From a virus (taxonomy: Duplodnaviria; Caudoviricetes): 27,922 nt of DNA. The notes under the pieces are model-generated. The model saw only the letters and a program-made list of their open reading frames with translations, was not told the DNA's origin and did not search any database. The stretch covers positions 1 through 27,922 of the IMG/VR virus record IMGVR_UViG_3300020151_001461; one strand, given 5' to 3'. Position numbers and translations under genes: made by a program. Positions 27,801 through 27,922 of the stretch are shown one piece after another; position 1 is the stretch's first letter, and each line of letters starts with the position of its first letter.

Positions 27801-27922
27801 ATAAATTGGAATAGTTTAGGTTTGGTAAGCAACACAATGAACGCAGCAAATCAAGGATCTGGTTTGATGTATGCATATGGTAGTGAAGATGGATATTTTA
27901 AAACTAAATTTGCGCAAATACA
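24822..27922 (+). CDS. Tail fibre-like structural protein, truncated at window edge (at least 1033 aa)
   Basis: Read manually: ATG 24822 overlaps the previous TAA and the frame stays open to the window end (MSTNEDITPNITKLELSDDFYTLFLATNKLIDYVN...). S/T/G-rich and beta-like, with repeated G(T/A)GI(T/Q)(L/V) motifs. Confidence 0.8.
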   Translation, partial: MSTNEDITPNITKLELSDDFYTLFLATNKLIDYVNPIQLYDVTLGAAFTESRGSGVVSIDLNVGNGLKLFPSVGSGNLTIDLEAIYSSSEVVLHSDYILVERPSTTDTNYIFSVSAEDMLPPTLNDDHLFYGTITVNALNVNDNVVRLQYGDSTTQNDSGLILDTTSSTKVKFTYNTTKSAWFSSKNLGLQDGYSFVTNGTSKDAYFRYATTGSQYDVILEMSMGVSNTSSDDASWLIEARRLLRKLDFVYRNSLTTDLDRVIFSAELDDEYGYGSTFYISDKINIGNVEDSVNFKSITNYSANIIPISNSYGVLDSKWTNRYVTSNYSLISVGDIVSIYDHTSGSAMVVKETLSSSSTNELDTHPIGIVEKISGGVAYIAMLGEFTLTSTPSPALVSGLTYYLTTGSPNYTLNKPASGMIKPLFIATGNASGIIFPMSSGLLSYGQFSVDDAGESGYIIGAGSPVYSSSTNGNVTFKAGTGITLQTDNFSKEITIRSLTAGSQPAYSQIYTVTDGSLLQSTTPSDTLIFTGGGGNIEITGDNNTNADSVTIRGKFFSNVAITSDDTNEETDSFEASYDDTITFYGGTGIQLSRYAPGSNAIRIVATSDIAQSVIGDYSLALRKLSKQSKNSILYTSSTSSYEEIRALQASNVYGSFLVANTTGQISWSSPFFTMTSYVASNVLNAGEVTYNKNDNRFFGISTYNSSSVIKDTAFFIQNTFGGGNNRIQVSLVEGAGIQLTVVKDPTDPAWTGAPSITITNTATGTQFNNFYIGDTGETLFAGADGRLNLLTAVGSPIVLDSDTNTQNLYFNISDNSITNRHLSVMADNTVKIGRGTTDPSTPEDLLISSNSVLGRLSGDLQSLSRTNLLELLQFSGSSYFNEVEGDSGYTTSLDSETLTLIGGAGITVDVDTNNRVVITNTLPDSGTDMGINLVGTRSYNGTSFSYQNALSGLTKLYFDSTTSDSDEVVQADILASFSPVAGDSLKGAISLKINWNSLGLVSNTMNAANQGSGLMYAYGSEDGYFKTKFAQI
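26230..27590 (+). repeat. Degenerate protein-level repeats (T-F/L-x-G-G-x-G-I-x-L...I-x-I) in the fibre protein
   Basis: AGTGITL (26256), TGGGGNIEI (26412), GGTGIQL (26577), EGAGIQL (27021) and GGAGITV (27528), all in frame with ATG 24822. Confidence 0.65.

Noticed and set aside
1-27922. Bacterial eCIS, T6SS or tailocin interpretation
   Set aside because: gp4 head-completion, gp26/gp51, gp8, the DUF4815 protein and a T4 late promoter point to a T4-like phage; no host genes are present.
1-27922. Stop-codon reassignment (no called gene ends in TAG)
   Set aside because: Genes are full length and tile the window under the standard code; TAA bias is expected at low GC.
1-27922. tRNAs, CRISPR arrays, introns/inteins, homing endonucleases, intrinsic terminators
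   Set aside because: Intergenic gaps are at most about 41 bp, and no repeat arrays, GC-rich hairpins with U-tracts or intein/endonuclease motifs were seen by eye.

Overview
AT-rich (roughly 30% GC by eye), densely coding fragment of a T4-like myophage genome covering the tail and baseplate module. Minus strand, reading leftward: gp48-like, gp26, gp51-like and a Pro/Gly-rich protein that runs off the left edge and is missing from the ORF track. Plus strand: gp4 head-completion nuclease, gp54/tail-tube-family protein, gp53, gp27-like hub, a gp5 spike split into two genes, a Cys-rich PAAR (gp5.4), gp25, gp6, gp7-like, gp8, a 2507-aa DUF4815/VrlC-like protein, a small coiled-coil protein, and a fibre-like protein of at least 1033 aa that runs off the right edge (also missing from the ORF track). 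The gene order resembles aquatic T4-like phages more than coliphage T4. The most interesting part is the cell-puncturing device: no recognisable lysozyme domain, OB-fold and beta-helix encoded separately at about the point where T4 gp5 is proteolytically cleaved, about 337 aa of mostly amphipathic helix appended beyond the spike tip (evolved-VgrG-like), and a 7-Cys PAAR. All family assignments come from motif recognition and gene order; no database search was run.
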